Source of the DNA: a virus
Lineage: Duplodnaviria > Caudoviricetes
DNA: 27,145 nucleotides
Direction: 5' to 3' (one strand)
IMG/VR virus record: IMGVR_UViG_3300006118_000039
Location: 1 to 27,145 of that record
Position numbers and translations under genes: made by a program. The notes beneath the pieces are model-generated. The model did not search any database, had not been told where the DNA came from, and saw only the letters and a list, made by a program, of their open reading frames with translations. Positions 1 to 9,224 of the stretch are shown here, in pieces (position 1 is the stretch's first letter; each line of letters begins with the position of its first letter).

Positions 1-240
1 GAAACCTGGTCGCCGGAGGGCGCGGGGTTCACCGGCATCGGCTCCGTGCCGCAATCCACCGTGCTGGCTCTGCACTGGGCCTATGACATCGTCAGCGCCA
101 ACACCGCCTTGACCTATGCGCCCACCATGAGCGCCAGCGTCGCCTGGGTCGCGCAGATCTGGGGCTTTTTCGCCGCCGCGGCCGCCGCCGCGGTCAACCC
201 TTTCAACCGCGCGCCGCAATTCGCCTATCTGGAGTTCTGA
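1..240 (+). CDS. 5'-truncated hypothetical protein, probably virion structural
   Basis: Frame 1 is open from base 1 (ETWSPEGAGF...) to TGA at 238-240. GC-rich third codon positions; next gene starts 3 nt later. Confidence 0.7.
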   Translation, partial: ETWSPEGAGFTGIGSVPQSTVLALHWAYDIVSANTALTYAPTMSASVAWVAQIWGFFAAAAAAAVNPFNRAPQFAYLEF

Positions 241-243
241 TCC

Positions 244-714
244 ATGGCCGGACGTATGTATTCCGTGAGCTTCGACCAGGTGGCCGTTTCGGTCGCCCAG
301 GATCTGCTCAACATCACCGCGACGGCCTCCATGGCCTTTCGCGTTCACCGCATCGAGCTTGGCCAGCGCACCCTGGCCACCTGGGAAGCCAAGCCCGTGC
401 GCCTGATCCGCATGCCCGCCACGGTGACCGCCGGTTCCGGCGGCTCGGCCGTGACGATCAGCAAGATGAACAACGGCGACGCGGCGCCCACGATCACCGC
501 TCGCGCCAACGACACCACGGCCATGACCACCTCCGGCACGCCCGCGATCATCCTGGCGCGCGATTGGGAATTCCTGAACGGGCTGCTGGTGGTGTTCACG
601 CCCGATGAGCGGCCGATCATCGCGCCCAGCCAGGGCCTGGCTCTGAACCTGCCGGTGGCGCCGTCCGGATCGATGACCGCCAGCGGCAGCATCATCGTAG
701 AAGAGCTGTTCTAG
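244..714 (+). CDS. Hypothetical beta-rich virion protein (head decoration/fibre module)
   Basis: 156 aa rich in Thr/Ser/Ala/Val, in the late operon upstream of the neck genes. Confidence 0.65.
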   Translation: MAGRMYSVSFDQVAVSVAQDLLNITATASMAFRVHRIELGQRTLATWEAKPVRLIRMPATVTAGSGGSAVTISKMNNGDAAPTITARANDTTAMTTSGTPAIILARDWEFLNGLLVVFTPDERPIIAPSQGLALNLPVAPSGSMTASGSIIVEELF

Positions 715-737
715 GCTCGCACGCCTGGGGACCGCCC

Positions 738-1445
738 GTGTCCTACATCTTCAACGAACCGCCCGAGGCGTCGCAGCCCCGTCGCTTCGCCCCGCTCGCC
801 GCCGTCGTGGCGGGCGCGGGCCTGGCGTTCAGCGCCGCCGACCGCGCGCCGGCGTCCGAGCACTACGAAGAGCCCGCGCAGATTTTCCAGGCGCGCCGGT
901 TCGCGCCGCTCACGCCGCCGGCCAAGATCGCCGGTTTCAGCGCCGGCCGCCGCCTGCCCGACGCCTCGCAGTTCGAGGACGCGCCCGACCTATCCCAGCG
1001 CCGCCGATTCGCGCCGCTGAGCATCACACCCGCGGCCGCAAGCACGTTCAGCGCCGCGCGCCGCCAGCCCGACGCGGCCAGTTTCGAGGACGGCCCCGAC
1101 CTCGCGCAGCGCCGCCGGTTCGCGCCGATCGTCGTCGCTGTCGTGCAGCCCTATGCCGGCTTCAACCGCGGCGCCCGACTGATCGTCTCGCTGCAGGGGG
1201 CCGGCGCCTTCGATGAGGTTCAGGCCGATCCGCACCGGGCCTTTGCGCCCTCGATCGCCGGCGCGGGGCCGACGCTCAAGCCCTTTCCGACGATCAAGGT
1301 CGCCGCCGACCCACGCGGCGCGGCCGTCGCCGCCGGCGGCAGGGGCCCGGTTGTCGGACCAGATGCGCGCGGCGCGGCCCCGGCGCTCGGCGGCCGGACC
1401 ATCAGCCTCCGCGCCAGTTCTCGCACCGGGAGCCCGACGAAATGA
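738..1445 (+). CDS. Hypothetical repeat protein with 4-5 RRFAP-ending units
   Basis: FSAxxRxPxxxxFEDxPDLxQxRRFAP(L/I) repeats; the stop overlaps the next start (ATGA). Confidence 0.7.
   Translation: MSYIFNEPPEASQPRRFAPLAAVVAGAGLAFSAADRAPASEHYEEPAQIFQARRFAPLTPPAKIAGFSAGRRLPDASQFEDAPDLSQRRRFAPLSITPAAASTFSAARRQPDAASFEDGPDLAQRRRFAPIVVAVVQPYAGFNRGARLIVSLQGAGAFDEVQADPHRAFAPSIAGAGPTLKPFPTIKVAADPRGAAVAAGGRGPVVGPDARGAAPALGGRTISLRASSRTGSPTK
828..1130 (+). repeat. Three 84-nt diverged coding repeats (828-911, 936-1019, 1047-1130)
   Basis: Each starts ttcagcgccg and ends with ttcgcgccg plus one codon; period 108-111 nt. Confidence 0.85.
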
Positions 1446-1723
1446 GCGAGAAACTGGCAATCCAGGACCCGGCCGAGACACTGGATTATAGCCTCGACTG
1501 GACGACCTGGCTGGGCGCGACGGGCGATGCGATCTCGACCTCGTCATGGGCGATCACGCCCGCGACGCCGACCCTGAGCGGCCAGGCGGTCAGCAGCAAC
1601 GTCGCCACTTGCGTCGTCGCGGGCCTCGCCCTCGCCGGCGTCTTTCGCCTGACCAACACCATCACGACGAACCAGGGCCGCACCTCGGACCGGTCGATCA
1701 CCATCCGGGCGTTTCCCCAATGA
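1442..1723 (+). CDS. Small phage fibre adaptor-type protein
   Basis: DPAETLDYSLDWTTWL...ISTSSW...LTNTITTNQGRTSDRSITI matches the small DPxExLDYxxDW family found next to fibre genes. Confidence 0.65.
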   Translation: MSEKLAIQDPAETLDYSLDWTTWLGATGDAISTSSWAITPATPTLSGQAVSSNVATCVVAGLALAGVFRLTNTITTNQGRTSDRSITIRAFPQ

Positions 1724-2325
1724 ACCCGATCGTCACCTCGCCGCCCGGCGCCTATCCGGTCACTTTGGCCGAGGTCCGCGCGCAGCTGGCCATCGACACC
1801 CAGGATTTCGATGCGCGGTTCGCCGGTTATGTGGCCGCGGCGACGGCCATGGTGGAGACCTACACGCACCGCTCGCTGATCACGCGCAGCTATCGCGGCG
1901 TCCTGAACTGGTGGCCGATGGATCCGCAGACCGGCGCGATCCGCCGCTATATCCAGCTGGAAAAGCCGCCGCTGCTGACCGTCACGGCGCTGACCACCTA
2001 TGACGATTCCGACAACGCCACGGTGTTCAGCCCGGCCTACTACTTCGTCGACAGCGCGCGCACCTTCGGGCGCATCGTCCTGCGCCGCGGCGTGGTCTGG
2101 CCGAACTTTCCCACCGCCATGCGCGTGGCCAACGGCATCCAGGTGGACTGGACGGCCGGCTATGGCGTCAACCCGGGCGACGTGCCCGAGGAAATCCGCC
2201 TGGCGATCCTGATCATCATCGGCATGTTCAACGAACAGCGCGGCGACGAGACGGCGCCGCAGGCCCTGCCGAACGCCGCGAAGATGCTGCTCGACCCGTT
2301 CGCCCTCATCCCACCCTATAACTGA
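1720..2325 (+). CDS. Head-tail connector (HK97 gp6 / phiE125 gp8-like)
   Basis: PVTLAEVRAQL, AATAMVETYTHRSLITR, AGYG..VPEEIRLAIL, LLDPF. Start placed at ATG 1720 (ATGA overlap). Confidence 0.85.
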   Translation: MNPIVTSPPGAYPVTLAEVRAQLAIDTQDFDARFAGYVAAATAMVETYTHRSLITRSYRGVLNWWPMDPQTGAIRRYIQLEKPPLLTVTALTTYDDSDNATVFSPAYYFVDSARTFGRIVLRRGVVWPNFPTAMRVANGIQVDWTAGYGVNPGDVPEEIRLAILIIIGMFNEQRGDETAPQALPNAAKMLLDPFALIPPYN

Positions 2326-2326
2326 C

Positions 2327-2341
2327 GCGAACGCCGTTCGC
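2327..2341. promoter_or_regulatory. Palindrome GCGAACGCCGTTCGC, copy 1 of 5 (intergenic)
   Basis: 7-bp inverted arms around one base; the motif recurs at 12507, 20691, 21494 and 26861. Confidence 0.8.
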
Positions 2342-2362
2342 CGATCCTGAAAGGACAAGCTC

Positions 2363-2884
2363 ATGTCTTCCCCGAACCTGAACCTCACGCTGGCCCTGGT
2401 GGGCTCGGTGGCCGGAACCAGCCCGATCACCGGCACGTCGCTGAACGAGGCGGTCAACGTCCAGCAGCTGCTGCAGCTGCTCGCCGGCACCGGCGCCGGC
2501 CAGGCCGACACCATCCTGCAGCAGACCGGCTCGATCGCCGCCTCGGGCACCCTGGCCGTCGACCTGAACGGCGCGGCGACCGACGTCTTCGGCGCCACCG
2601 TCAACCTGCTGCACGTCAAAGCGATCATCCTGCTGGCCTCGTCGGCCAACACCAATGACGTGCAGATCTCGCCCGGCGCCTCCAACGCCTTCACCGGCCC
2701 GTTCAGCGGCACCACGCCCGCCGTGGCCGTGAGCCCGGGCGAGATGTTCCTGATCACCAAGGGCAGCGGCTCCCAGGTCGGCTGGCCGGTCGTCGCCGCC
2801 ACCGGCGACATCCTGAAGCTGGCCAACAGCGGCGCGGGCACGGCGGTCGGCTACACCCTGATCGTCATCGGCACCTCGACATAG
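2363..2884 (+). CDS. Hypothetical virion structural protein
   Basis: 173 aa rich in G/T/S/A; SD AAGGA; lies between neck genes. Confidence 0.7.
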   Translation: MSSPNLNLTLALVGSVAGTSPITGTSLNEAVNVQQLLQLLAGTGAGQADTILQQTGSIAASGTLAVDLNGAATDVFGATVNLLHVKAIILLASSANTNDVQISPGASNAFTGPFSGTTPAVAVSPGEMFLITKGSGSQVGWPVVAATGDILKLANSGAGTAVGYTLIVIGTST

Positions 2885-2897
2885 TCGGGGGTCGGCC

Positions 2898-3140
2898 ATG
2901 GCCTGGTGCACGTTCACGCGCGACTTCGATTTCCGGATCGAGCATCACACCACCATCGCGTTCAAGGCTGGCATGCGGCTCTGCGTCACCCGCGACCAGC
3001 TGGCGGCGGCCGTGGCGGCCGGCGCCGGCCACGCGATCCCGACGCCGCCCAAGGACTTCCAGGAGATCGGCCATGCTCGGACCCTTCCGGAAGGACATGC
3101 GCCAGCGGATCCAGTTCCAGCGCGCCACGATCGGCCGTGA
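2898..3140 (+). CDS. Small hypothetical phage head/neck-region protein
   Basis: FTRDFDF...IAFKAG...AAVAAGAG pattern recalled from alphaproteobacterial phage morphogenesis clusters. Confidence 0.6.
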   Translation: MAWCTFTRDFDFRIEHHTTIAFKAGMRLCVTRDQLAAAVAAGAGHAIPTPPKDFQEIGHARTLPEGHAPADPVPARHDRP

Positions 3141-3441
3141 CGCCCTGGGCGGCTCGACGCTGAGTTGGGCGGACTATGGAACCAGCCGGCAGGCCAACCT
3201 GACGCCCTACCGCGCCCAGAAGCGCGGCGGGGCGGAAGAGGTGATCGCCGCGCGGCTGCAGGGCACGGCCGTCTTCGACTGTTGGGTGCTCTATGACAGC
3301 CTGACCTCGACCATCACGCCCGACGACCGGCTCTATGACGTCACCAAGCCGGGCGTCTATTACAACATCCGGTTTGCCCAGGACATGGACAGCCGCAAAC
3401 AGCGGATCCTGATGCAGGTCGAGTTGGGAATCGCGGCCTGA
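3073..3441 (+). CDS. Head closure / head-tail joining protein (SPP1 gp16-like)
   Basis: MRQRIQFQR...DALGG...W...EEVIAARLQG...YNIR; SD AGGAG. Confidence 0.85.
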   Translation: MLGPFRKDMRQRIQFQRATIGRDALGGSTLSWADYGTSRQANLTPYRAQKRGGAEEVIAARLQGTAVFDCWVLYDSLTSTITPDDRLYDVTKPGVYYNIRFAQDMDSRKQRILMQVELGIAA

Positions 3442-3845
3442 TGGAAACCAAGGTCATCGGCCTCGAGAAGCTGCTCGCGAAGTTCGCGCAGATTCCGCAA
3501 AAGGTGCAGGACGCCGCACGCACCGCCAACGATCAGAACGCCCTCGAATTCATGCAGGGCGTTCTGTCGATCATCCCGCGCGAGGAGGGCAAGCTGGCCG
3601 ACACCCTGGTGAAGGAGCCGGGCAAGACGCCCACGGCCGTGCGCGTGGCGATCGGCGGCCCCGGCGCGCCCTATCCGGCGCACCTGGAGTTCGGCCACCG
3701 CGACGGCAAGGGCCATGTGCCGGCCAAGCCGTTCTGGTTCACCACGCTGCGCCTGGGCCGCAAGCGCTGGCGCGGCCGCACCAGCCGGGCGACCTCGAAG
3801 GCGATCAAGGACAATTCGGCGGGGGGCGGCAATGGCGAGTCGTGA
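3441..3845 (+). CDS. HK97 gp10-like tail completion protein
   Basis: VIGLEKL, P..EGKL, YPAHLEFG, VPAKPFW. Confidence 0.85.
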   Translation: METKVIGLEKLLAKFAQIPQKVQDAARTANDQNALEFMQGVLSIIPREEGKLADTLVKEPGKTPTAVRVAIGGPGAPYPAHLEFGHRDGKGHVPAKPFWFTTLRLGRKRWRGRTSRATSKAIKDNSAGGGNGES

Positions 3846-4290
3846 TCCGGCCTATGCGATCCAGGTGGCCGTTTCGGCCGCGCTGATGGCCAGCCCCGAC
3901 CTGGCGGCCGTGTTCGGCGGCGCGCCGCGCGTGTGGGACCGCGTGCCGGCCGATAGCGCGACGCAACAGGCGGATTTTCCCTATCTGACGATCGGCGAGG
4001 ACCAGCTGATCGGAAAGACCAACCAGAACACCGACGTGACCGAGGTGTGGGTCAAGGTCGAGGCCTGGAGCCGGGCGGCCAACAAGGGCGAGGTGAAGCT
4101 GATCGCCGGCGCGGTGCGCACGGCGCTGGACACCTATCTCGACCTGTCCTCGAACGGTCACGGCGTCATCGCCCACACCTTTCACAATGTGATCTATCGC
4201 CGCGAGCCGGACGGCCTGACCGAGCGGGCGATCATCACCCAGCACTACCTGACCGCGCCGATCGGCGCGCTGAACTATTCGGGCTTCTAA
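3832..4290 (+). CDS. Tail terminator (DUF3168-like)
   Basis: IQVAV..AL, RVWDRVP, FPYLTIGEDQ, WSR, REPDGLT; start at ATG 3832. Confidence 0.85.
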   Translation: MASRDPAYAIQVAVSAALMASPDLAAVFGGAPRVWDRVPADSATQQADFPYLTIGEDQLIGKTNQNTDVTEVWVKVEAWSRAANKGEVKLIAGAVRTALDTYLDLSSNGHGVIAHTFHNVIYRREPDGLTERAIITQHYLTAPIGALNYSGF

Positions 4291-4344
4291 GCCCCTTCAC
4301 CGTTCCGGGCCCGCGGCCCTTCAAACCTCTTTCAGGAGAGCCCC

Positions 4345-4794
4345 ATGGCCACCGTTCAGAATGCACCTGGCGAACAACTCGTCCTTCAGCTGGGAAACGG
4401 CGCGACGCCCGAAGTCTTCACGGCCACGTGCACCATCAACACCACGCGCACGCTGGACCTGACGGCCATCGCCAGCGTGACCGAGCTGGCCGACTGCGTC
4501 ACGCCTTCGAACCCGGCGATCACGTACCGCCAGATCAAGAGCTATGACATCAAGGTCAGCGGCAGCGGCATTGCCGACGCGCCCTCGATTCTGGCGCTTA
4601 TCCAGTGGTGGCAGGGGGGCGCGCAGAAGAACTGCAAGGTGGTGCAAAACCGCACGGGCGCGCAGGGCGGTTTCACCATCACCGCGCCGTTTGTGGTCAC
4701 CAGCCTGCAGATCGCCGGCGCCCGGGGTGACATGCAGACCTTTACCGGCACGTTCGAACTGGCCGGCGCGCCCACCGTGACGGCCAACGCCTGA
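4345..4794 (+). CDS. Major tail tube protein (GTA/TP901-1-like)
   Basis: GNGATPEVFT...VSGSG...FVVTSL; SD AGGAG; position in the tail operon. Confidence 0.85.
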   Translation: MATVQNAPGEQLVLQLGNGATPEVFTATCTINTTRTLDLTAIASVTELADCVTPSNPAITYRQIKSYDIKVSGSGIADAPSILALIQWWQGGAQKNCKVVQNRTGAQGGFTITAPFVVTSLQIAGARGDMQTFTGTFELAGAPTVTANA

Positions 4795-5246
4795 TGAGCC
4801 GCACGGCGCAGATCATTCTGCCGTTCGGCGCGGAAGAGCGGGTGTTTCGCCTGGGCCTGGGCGAGCTGCGGGCGATCCAGGAGAAGTGCGACGCGGGGCC
4901 CGGACATATCGCCCAGCGCCTCGCGCCGATGGTGCGCGGGCTGCACGCCAAGCTGTCGCTGCCGGACATCATGAGTGCCGGCATGATGGGCGACTGGCGG
5001 GTGGACGACGTGCGCGAGCCGATCTTGCAGGGCCTGATCGGCGGGGGGATGAGCCCCACCGAGGCCGGCGTTCTGATGCGCCAGGTGTTCGACCCGCGGC
5101 CGCAGGACCTGCGCCACATCACCCTGGCGTTCGCGATCCTCACCGAAGGCTATTTCATGCCGGAGGATGAGCCCGCGCCGGGGGAGCCGAAGGCCGCGCC
5201 GAAAGCGCGGCGCTCCCGCGCGGCAAGATCGACTTCCGCGCGCTGA
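4794..5246 (+). CDS. Tail assembly chaperone (GTA gp10-like, lambda G analog)
   Basis: FRLGLGELRAIQEKC, DVREPILQGLIGGGM; lies between the tail tube and tape measure genes. Confidence 0.85.
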   Translation: MSRTAQIILPFGAEERVFRLGLGELRAIQEKCDAGPGHIAQRLAPMVRGLHAKLSLPDIMSAGMMGDWRVDDVREPILQGLIGGGMSPTEAGVLMRQVFDPRPQDLRHITLAFAILTEGYFMPEDEPAPGEPKAAPKARRSRAARSTSAR

Positions 5247-5422
5247 TCGGGGCGGGGGCGGTGATGGGTTTCACGCCGGGCCAGACCTGGGCGATGAGCC
5301 TGTGGGAATTCAGCGCGGCTTTCGACGGCTGGCGCCGCGCCAACACCGCGCCCGAGGAAAACGCCGCCTTCCCCACGCCGGCCGAACACCTGGCCAATGT
5401 GGAACGCATGACCATCCACTAG
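5180..5422 (+). CDS. Tail assembly chaperone C-terminal extension (lambda T analog), probably made by -1 frameshift; absent from the ORF track
   Basis: G GGG GAG at 5180-5186. The -1 frame is open to TAG 5420-5422 and encodes MGFTPGQTWAMSLWEFSAAFDGW. Confidence 0.75.
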   Translation, partial: GGAEGRAESAALPRGKIDFRALIGAGAVMGFTPGQTWAMSLWEFSAAFDGWRRANTAPEENAAFPTPAEHLANVERMTIH

Positions 5423-5431
5423 GAGATTCGC

Positions 5432-7468
5432 ATGGCTGACGGCGAAGTCGTCGAGCGCCTTGTCGTCGAGTTCGACGCCAAGATCGACAAGATCCTGACC
5501 AAGCTGAACAACCTCAACCGGTCGGTGCATGGCAGCGCCGCCGAGATCGAGAGAACGTTCGGCTCCATCAAGATCGACGAGGCGCTGGACCGGGTGTTCA
5601 GCAGCTCCAAGCTGCAGGTGCTGGACTCCGGCGCGGAAAAGCTGGGCGTCTTCGGCAAGGCCCTGGAGCCCTTGGGCGCGCTGGGCCTGGGCGCGGCGGC
5701 CGGGATCGGCGCGATCGGCCTGGCGATCGAACAGTCTATCAAGGCCGCCGAATGGGCCGAAAACCTGGAGATGGTGTCCAAGAAACTCGGCATCACCACC
5801 ACGGCGCTGCAGGAGTTCGATTTCATTGCCACGGCCTCGGGCGTGCCGATCGAGTCGATGCGGGAATCGCTGGGCGGCCTCGAGGCCAAGATCGGCCAGG
5901 TGCAGGCGGGTGTCGCCAAGGCGCAGACGGTCAAGCTGTTCGAGGCGCTGGATATCAGCCCCGATCAGCTGCGGCACATGGGCGATCTTCAGACGATCCT
6001 GCCGGTGATCGCCGAAAAGCTGCGCGAGCTGCCGGCGGCCGAGCGCGAAGGCCTGGCCGCGCGCCTTGATGTGACGCCGATTCTGCCGGCGCTGCTGAAG
6101 GGCAAGGAAGGCCTGGCCGACCTGACGGCCGAGGCCCACCGTTATGGCATCGTCGTCGACGAAGACGTGGTCAAGCGCAGCGCCGAGGCGGCCGAAAAGC
6201 TAAAGGTCGCCGGCGACATCATCGACAAGAACCTGAAAGCGGCGTTCGCCGATCTCGCCCCCGCGATCGCAGGGGCGTCAATGGAACTGGCTAAGTTCGT
6301 CCACAACATGGTCAGCGGGCTCAGCGACCCGAAAGTCCTGCGTTTCCTTTCGATGATGAACAAGCCGATCGGCATGTTCACGCCCTTCGATGCTTCCGGC
6401 GCGATCGACAACATATTGAACGGCCAACTCAACGTCGGGCTGCCGCTCGACAAGCTGAAACTGGGCGCCGATCCCGCGAAGGGCGAAACAAGGGTGACGG
6501 AGCTTCTAAAGCAGCTCGACCGAAAGAGCGCCGGGCACGCCGCTCGGGCGTCGGCCGTAAGCAGCGAAACCGACGACGGCTCGGCCGCGCGCGCCGCCGA
6601 AGGCCAGAAGCTGATCGCCTCTTCGATCGAGGAAGAGCTGCGCGCCCGCGAGGCCCTGACCAACAACGCCAATGACCGGCTGGCCCTGGCGATCAAGCTG
6701 ATCGACATCGAGACCCAGGCCAAGATCAAGGCCAACGAGGACCTGGTCGCCAAGGGTAAGCTGAGCCAGGCCGACGCCGACGCGGCGAACCTGATGATCG
6801 GCATCGCGGCGGCCGAGCGCCAGCAGGCGCTGCAGAAGGCGCGGGCCGACAAGATCGAGGCCGACGCGGCGGCCAAGGCCGCCGCGACTTCGGAGGCGAC
6901 CAAGGCGCGGATGGCGGAGGTTCAGACCGCCTACAAGAATGCGATCAGCGGCGCGCTGGACGCCGCTATTCACGGCGGCTGGCCGGGCCTGGCCCGCTAT
7001 ATGGGCCAGATGCTGGAGCAGCACCTGGTGGACGCGATCGCCAACGCCCTGACCAACCAGATCCTGGGCGGCGGCAGCAACGGCGGAATTTTCGGGATGC
7101 TGTTCAGCAGCCTGTTCGGCCTGCCCAAGTTCGCCACCGGCACGGATTCCGCGCCCGGCGGCTGGTCGATCGTGGGCGAAAAGGGCCCGGAGCTGCTGAA
7201 CCTGAAACAGGGCTCGCAAGTGGTGCCCAACGGCCTGCTGCGCGGCCTGCCCAACGCCAACACCCAGATGGGCGGGGGCAATATGCAGGTGATCTCGTTC
7301 GACCTGCGCGGCGCGGTGATGACCGAGGACCTGCTGGCCCAGATGGATCGCATGGCCAACCAGGCCGGCCAACAGGCCACGCTGCGCGGCGCCGCCCTGG
7401 GCGCGCAGGTGGCCCGCCAGACCATTCCCAGCGACATCGGGCGCAGCCGGCGGCTGAGCCTGGTCTGA
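5432..7468 (+). CDS. Tape measure protein
   Basis: 678 aa, Ala-rich and helical; N-terminal VERLVVEFDA, C-terminal FATG...VGEKGPELL. Confidence 0.9.
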   Translation: MADGEVVERLVVEFDAKIDKILTKLNNLNRSVHGSAAEIERTFGSIKIDEALDRVFSSSKLQVLDSGAEKLGVFGKALEPLGALGLGAAAGIGAIGLAIEQSIKAAEWAENLEMVSKKLGITTTALQEFDFIATASGVPIESMRESLGGLEAKIGQVQAGVAKAQTVKLFEALDISPDQLRHMGDLQTILPVIAEKLRELPAAEREGLAARLDVTPILPALLKGKEGLADLTAEAHRYGIVVDEDVVKRSAEAAEKLKVAGDIIDKNLKAAFADLAPAIAGASMELAKFVHNMVSGLSDPKVLRFLSMMNKPIGMFTPFDASGAIDNILNGQLNVGLPLDKLKLGADPAKGETRVTELLKQLDRKSAGHAARASAVSSETDDGSAARAAEGQKLIASSIEEELRAREALTNNANDRLALAIKLIDIETQAKIKANEDLVAKGKLSQADADAANLMIGIAAAERQQALQKARADKIEADAAAKAAATSEATKARMAEVQTAYKNAISGALDAAIHGGWPGLARYMGQMLEQHLVDAIANALTNQILGGGSNGGIFGMLFSSLFGLPKFATGTDSAPGGWSIVGEKGPELLNLKQGSQVVPNGLLRGLPNANTQMGGGNMQVISFDLRGAVMTEDLLAQMDRMANQAGQQATLRGAALGAQVARQTIPSDIGRSRRLSLV

Positions 7469-7471
7469 CGC

Positions 7472-8077
7472 ATGGCGCAACAGCTGACGCACCTGCCGCT
7501 GCCGTGGACGGCGGCGCCCAGCCTGCTGGATTTCGGCGTCGACCAGACGGCGGGGTTCGGCGGATCGGGCGCGCAGGGGCGATCGGTGCGGCTGGGCTCG
7601 CGCTGGGCCGTGTCGTTCAGCGCCCTGCCGGCCCTGGGCTATGCCTGCGCCCAGCAGCTGATCGCCGCCCGCCTGGCGGCGCACGCCGCGGGATCCACAG
7701 TGATCACCAGCTGGCCGCAGCCGGCGTTCGGCTCGGCCATCGGCTCGCCGGTGATCGATGGGGCGCAGGGCGGTAACACGATCAACCTGCGCGGGCTGAT
7801 CGCCGGGGCCAGCCTGCCCACGGGCCTGTTCTTCAGCTTCCAGATCGCCGGGCGAAACTATCTCTACATGACCACGGCGGCCGGCGTCGCCACGGGCGCG
7901 GGCAAGCTGACCGTGGCGATCGCGCCCTGGCATCGGGCCACGCCCACGGACGGCGCGGCGGTGAGCTTCGCGGCGCCGCAGGTCGAGGGCTTCATCACCC
8001 CGGCGGGCGTGACGTGGGACCTCGAGCGGCTGGCCTGGGTCGGCCTGCCGGCGTTCACGATCACGGAGGTCGCATGA
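7472..8077 (+). CDS. Distal tail protein-like
   Basis: Directly after the tape measure gene; GG..Q...RLGSRW and C-terminal FTITE. Confidence 0.7.
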   Translation: MAQQLTHLPLPWTAAPSLLDFGVDQTAGFGGSGAQGRSVRLGSRWAVSFSALPALGYACAQQLIAARLAAHAAGSTVITSWPQPAFGSAIGSPVIDGAQGGNTINLRGLIAGASLPTGLFFSFQIAGRNYLYMTTAAGVATGAGKLTVAIAPWHRATPTDGAAVSFAAPQVEGFITPAGVTWDLERLAWVGLPAFTITEVA

Positions 8078-8748
8078 GTCTGCCCACCGGCCTGACGACG
8101 GCGCTGGGCGCGGATTCGCCGCTGATCTTCTTCGCCGTGGAGATCATCTTTCCCACCTTCAACCTGCGCCTGCTGGATGGGCCCGCGGTGCTGAGCCTCA
8201 ACGGCAATACCTTCGTGGGTCTGGACGCCACCTATGGCGCGCTGGCCGGCCCGGAGGCCTGGAGCGATGGCGTCTCGTCCGAGGCGCCGCACGTGATGTT
8301 TCAGATCCAGCCGCCCACCACGGGCGCGGCGGCCTCGCTGTGCAACCCGGCCTATCAGGGCAGCGTGGTGAACATCTGGTTCGGGGCCGTCAACCGCGCC
8401 ACCGGCGCCACGGTCAGCGCGCCCTATCTGGCGTGGTCGGGTTTCGTCGACACCATGACGCTGGCCATCGATCGCAACGCCCGCGTGGTGAAGGTGGACG
8501 CCGAAAGCACCTGGGACCGGTTCTTTGACACCGACGAGGGCATCCTTCTGGACAACTCGACACATCAATCGATCTGGCCCGGGGAACTGGGCCTGGAGTT
8601 CGTGACCTATGTGCAGCAGCAGGTGCCGTGGGGATCGGATGCGCCGCGGCCGATCGTGGTGAGCGACACCCTGGGCGGCCAGCCGGCCGGCGCGGGCCAG
8701 GGCATGGGCGGCTATCGCCCCGGCGCGTTCGGGACGTGGCGGCTGTGA
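8074..8748 (+). CDS. Minor tail / tail-tip hub protein
   Basis: ATG 8074 with SD GGAGG; WSGFVD, HQSIWPGELGLEFV, WG motifs. Confidence 0.7.
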   Translation: MSLPTGLTTALGADSPLIFFAVEIIFPTFNLRLLDGPAVLSLNGNTFVGLDATYGALAGPEAWSDGVSSEAPHVMFQIQPPTTGAAASLCNPAYQGSVVNIWFGAVNRATGATVSAPYLAWSGFVDTMTLAIDRNARVVKVDAESTWDRFFDTDEGILLDNSTHQSIWPGELGLEFVTYVQQQVPWGSDAPRPIVVSDTLGGQPAGAGQGMGGYRPGAFGTWRL

Positions 8749-9224
8749 GCCATCGCCAGACGCCCAGCCTGTTGCTGGACCGGGTGGCCGCCGCGCAGAG
8801 CGCCGTGGACCGGTTCAACAATGCCGAGCTGATCTGGGGTCGCCAGGATTGCGCGCGCCTGGCGGCGCACGTGCTGCGCGAGCTGGGCCACAACGCCGCC
8901 CTGGCGCGGTTCGGCGACTATCGCAGCGCCGGCGGCGCGGCGCGGGCGCTGAAGCGGCGGGGGTTCGCCGACCTGGCCGCGGTGATGGACGGTTTCGGCC
9001 TGCCGCGCATTCCGCCGGCCTCCGCGCTGCCGGGCGACGTGCTGGGGTTCGGCCACGATGATCAGTCGTTCGGCCTGAGCGAACTGCGCGTGACCTTGGC
9101 CGTGGCGCTCGGCAATGGGCGAATCCTCGGCTTTCTGGAAAACCTGCGCTGCCACGTCGTCACCCCCGACCTGGCGCAGGATGCGGACTACTTCGCCTGG
9201 AGGGTCGATCCGTGGCGTTCATAA
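8745..9224 (+). CDS. NlpC/P60-like tail tip protein (DUF6950-like)
   Basis: GTG 8745 overlap start; WGRQDC, ALPGDV, C-terminal AWRV. Confidence 0.75.
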   Translation: MSHRQTPSLLLDRVAAAQSAVDRFNNAELIWGRQDCARLAAHVLRELGHNAALARFGDYRSAGGAARALKRRGFADLAAVMDGFGLPRIPPASALPGDVLGFGHDDQSFGLSELRVTLAVALGNGRILGFLENLRCHVVTPDLAQDADYFAWRVDPWRS

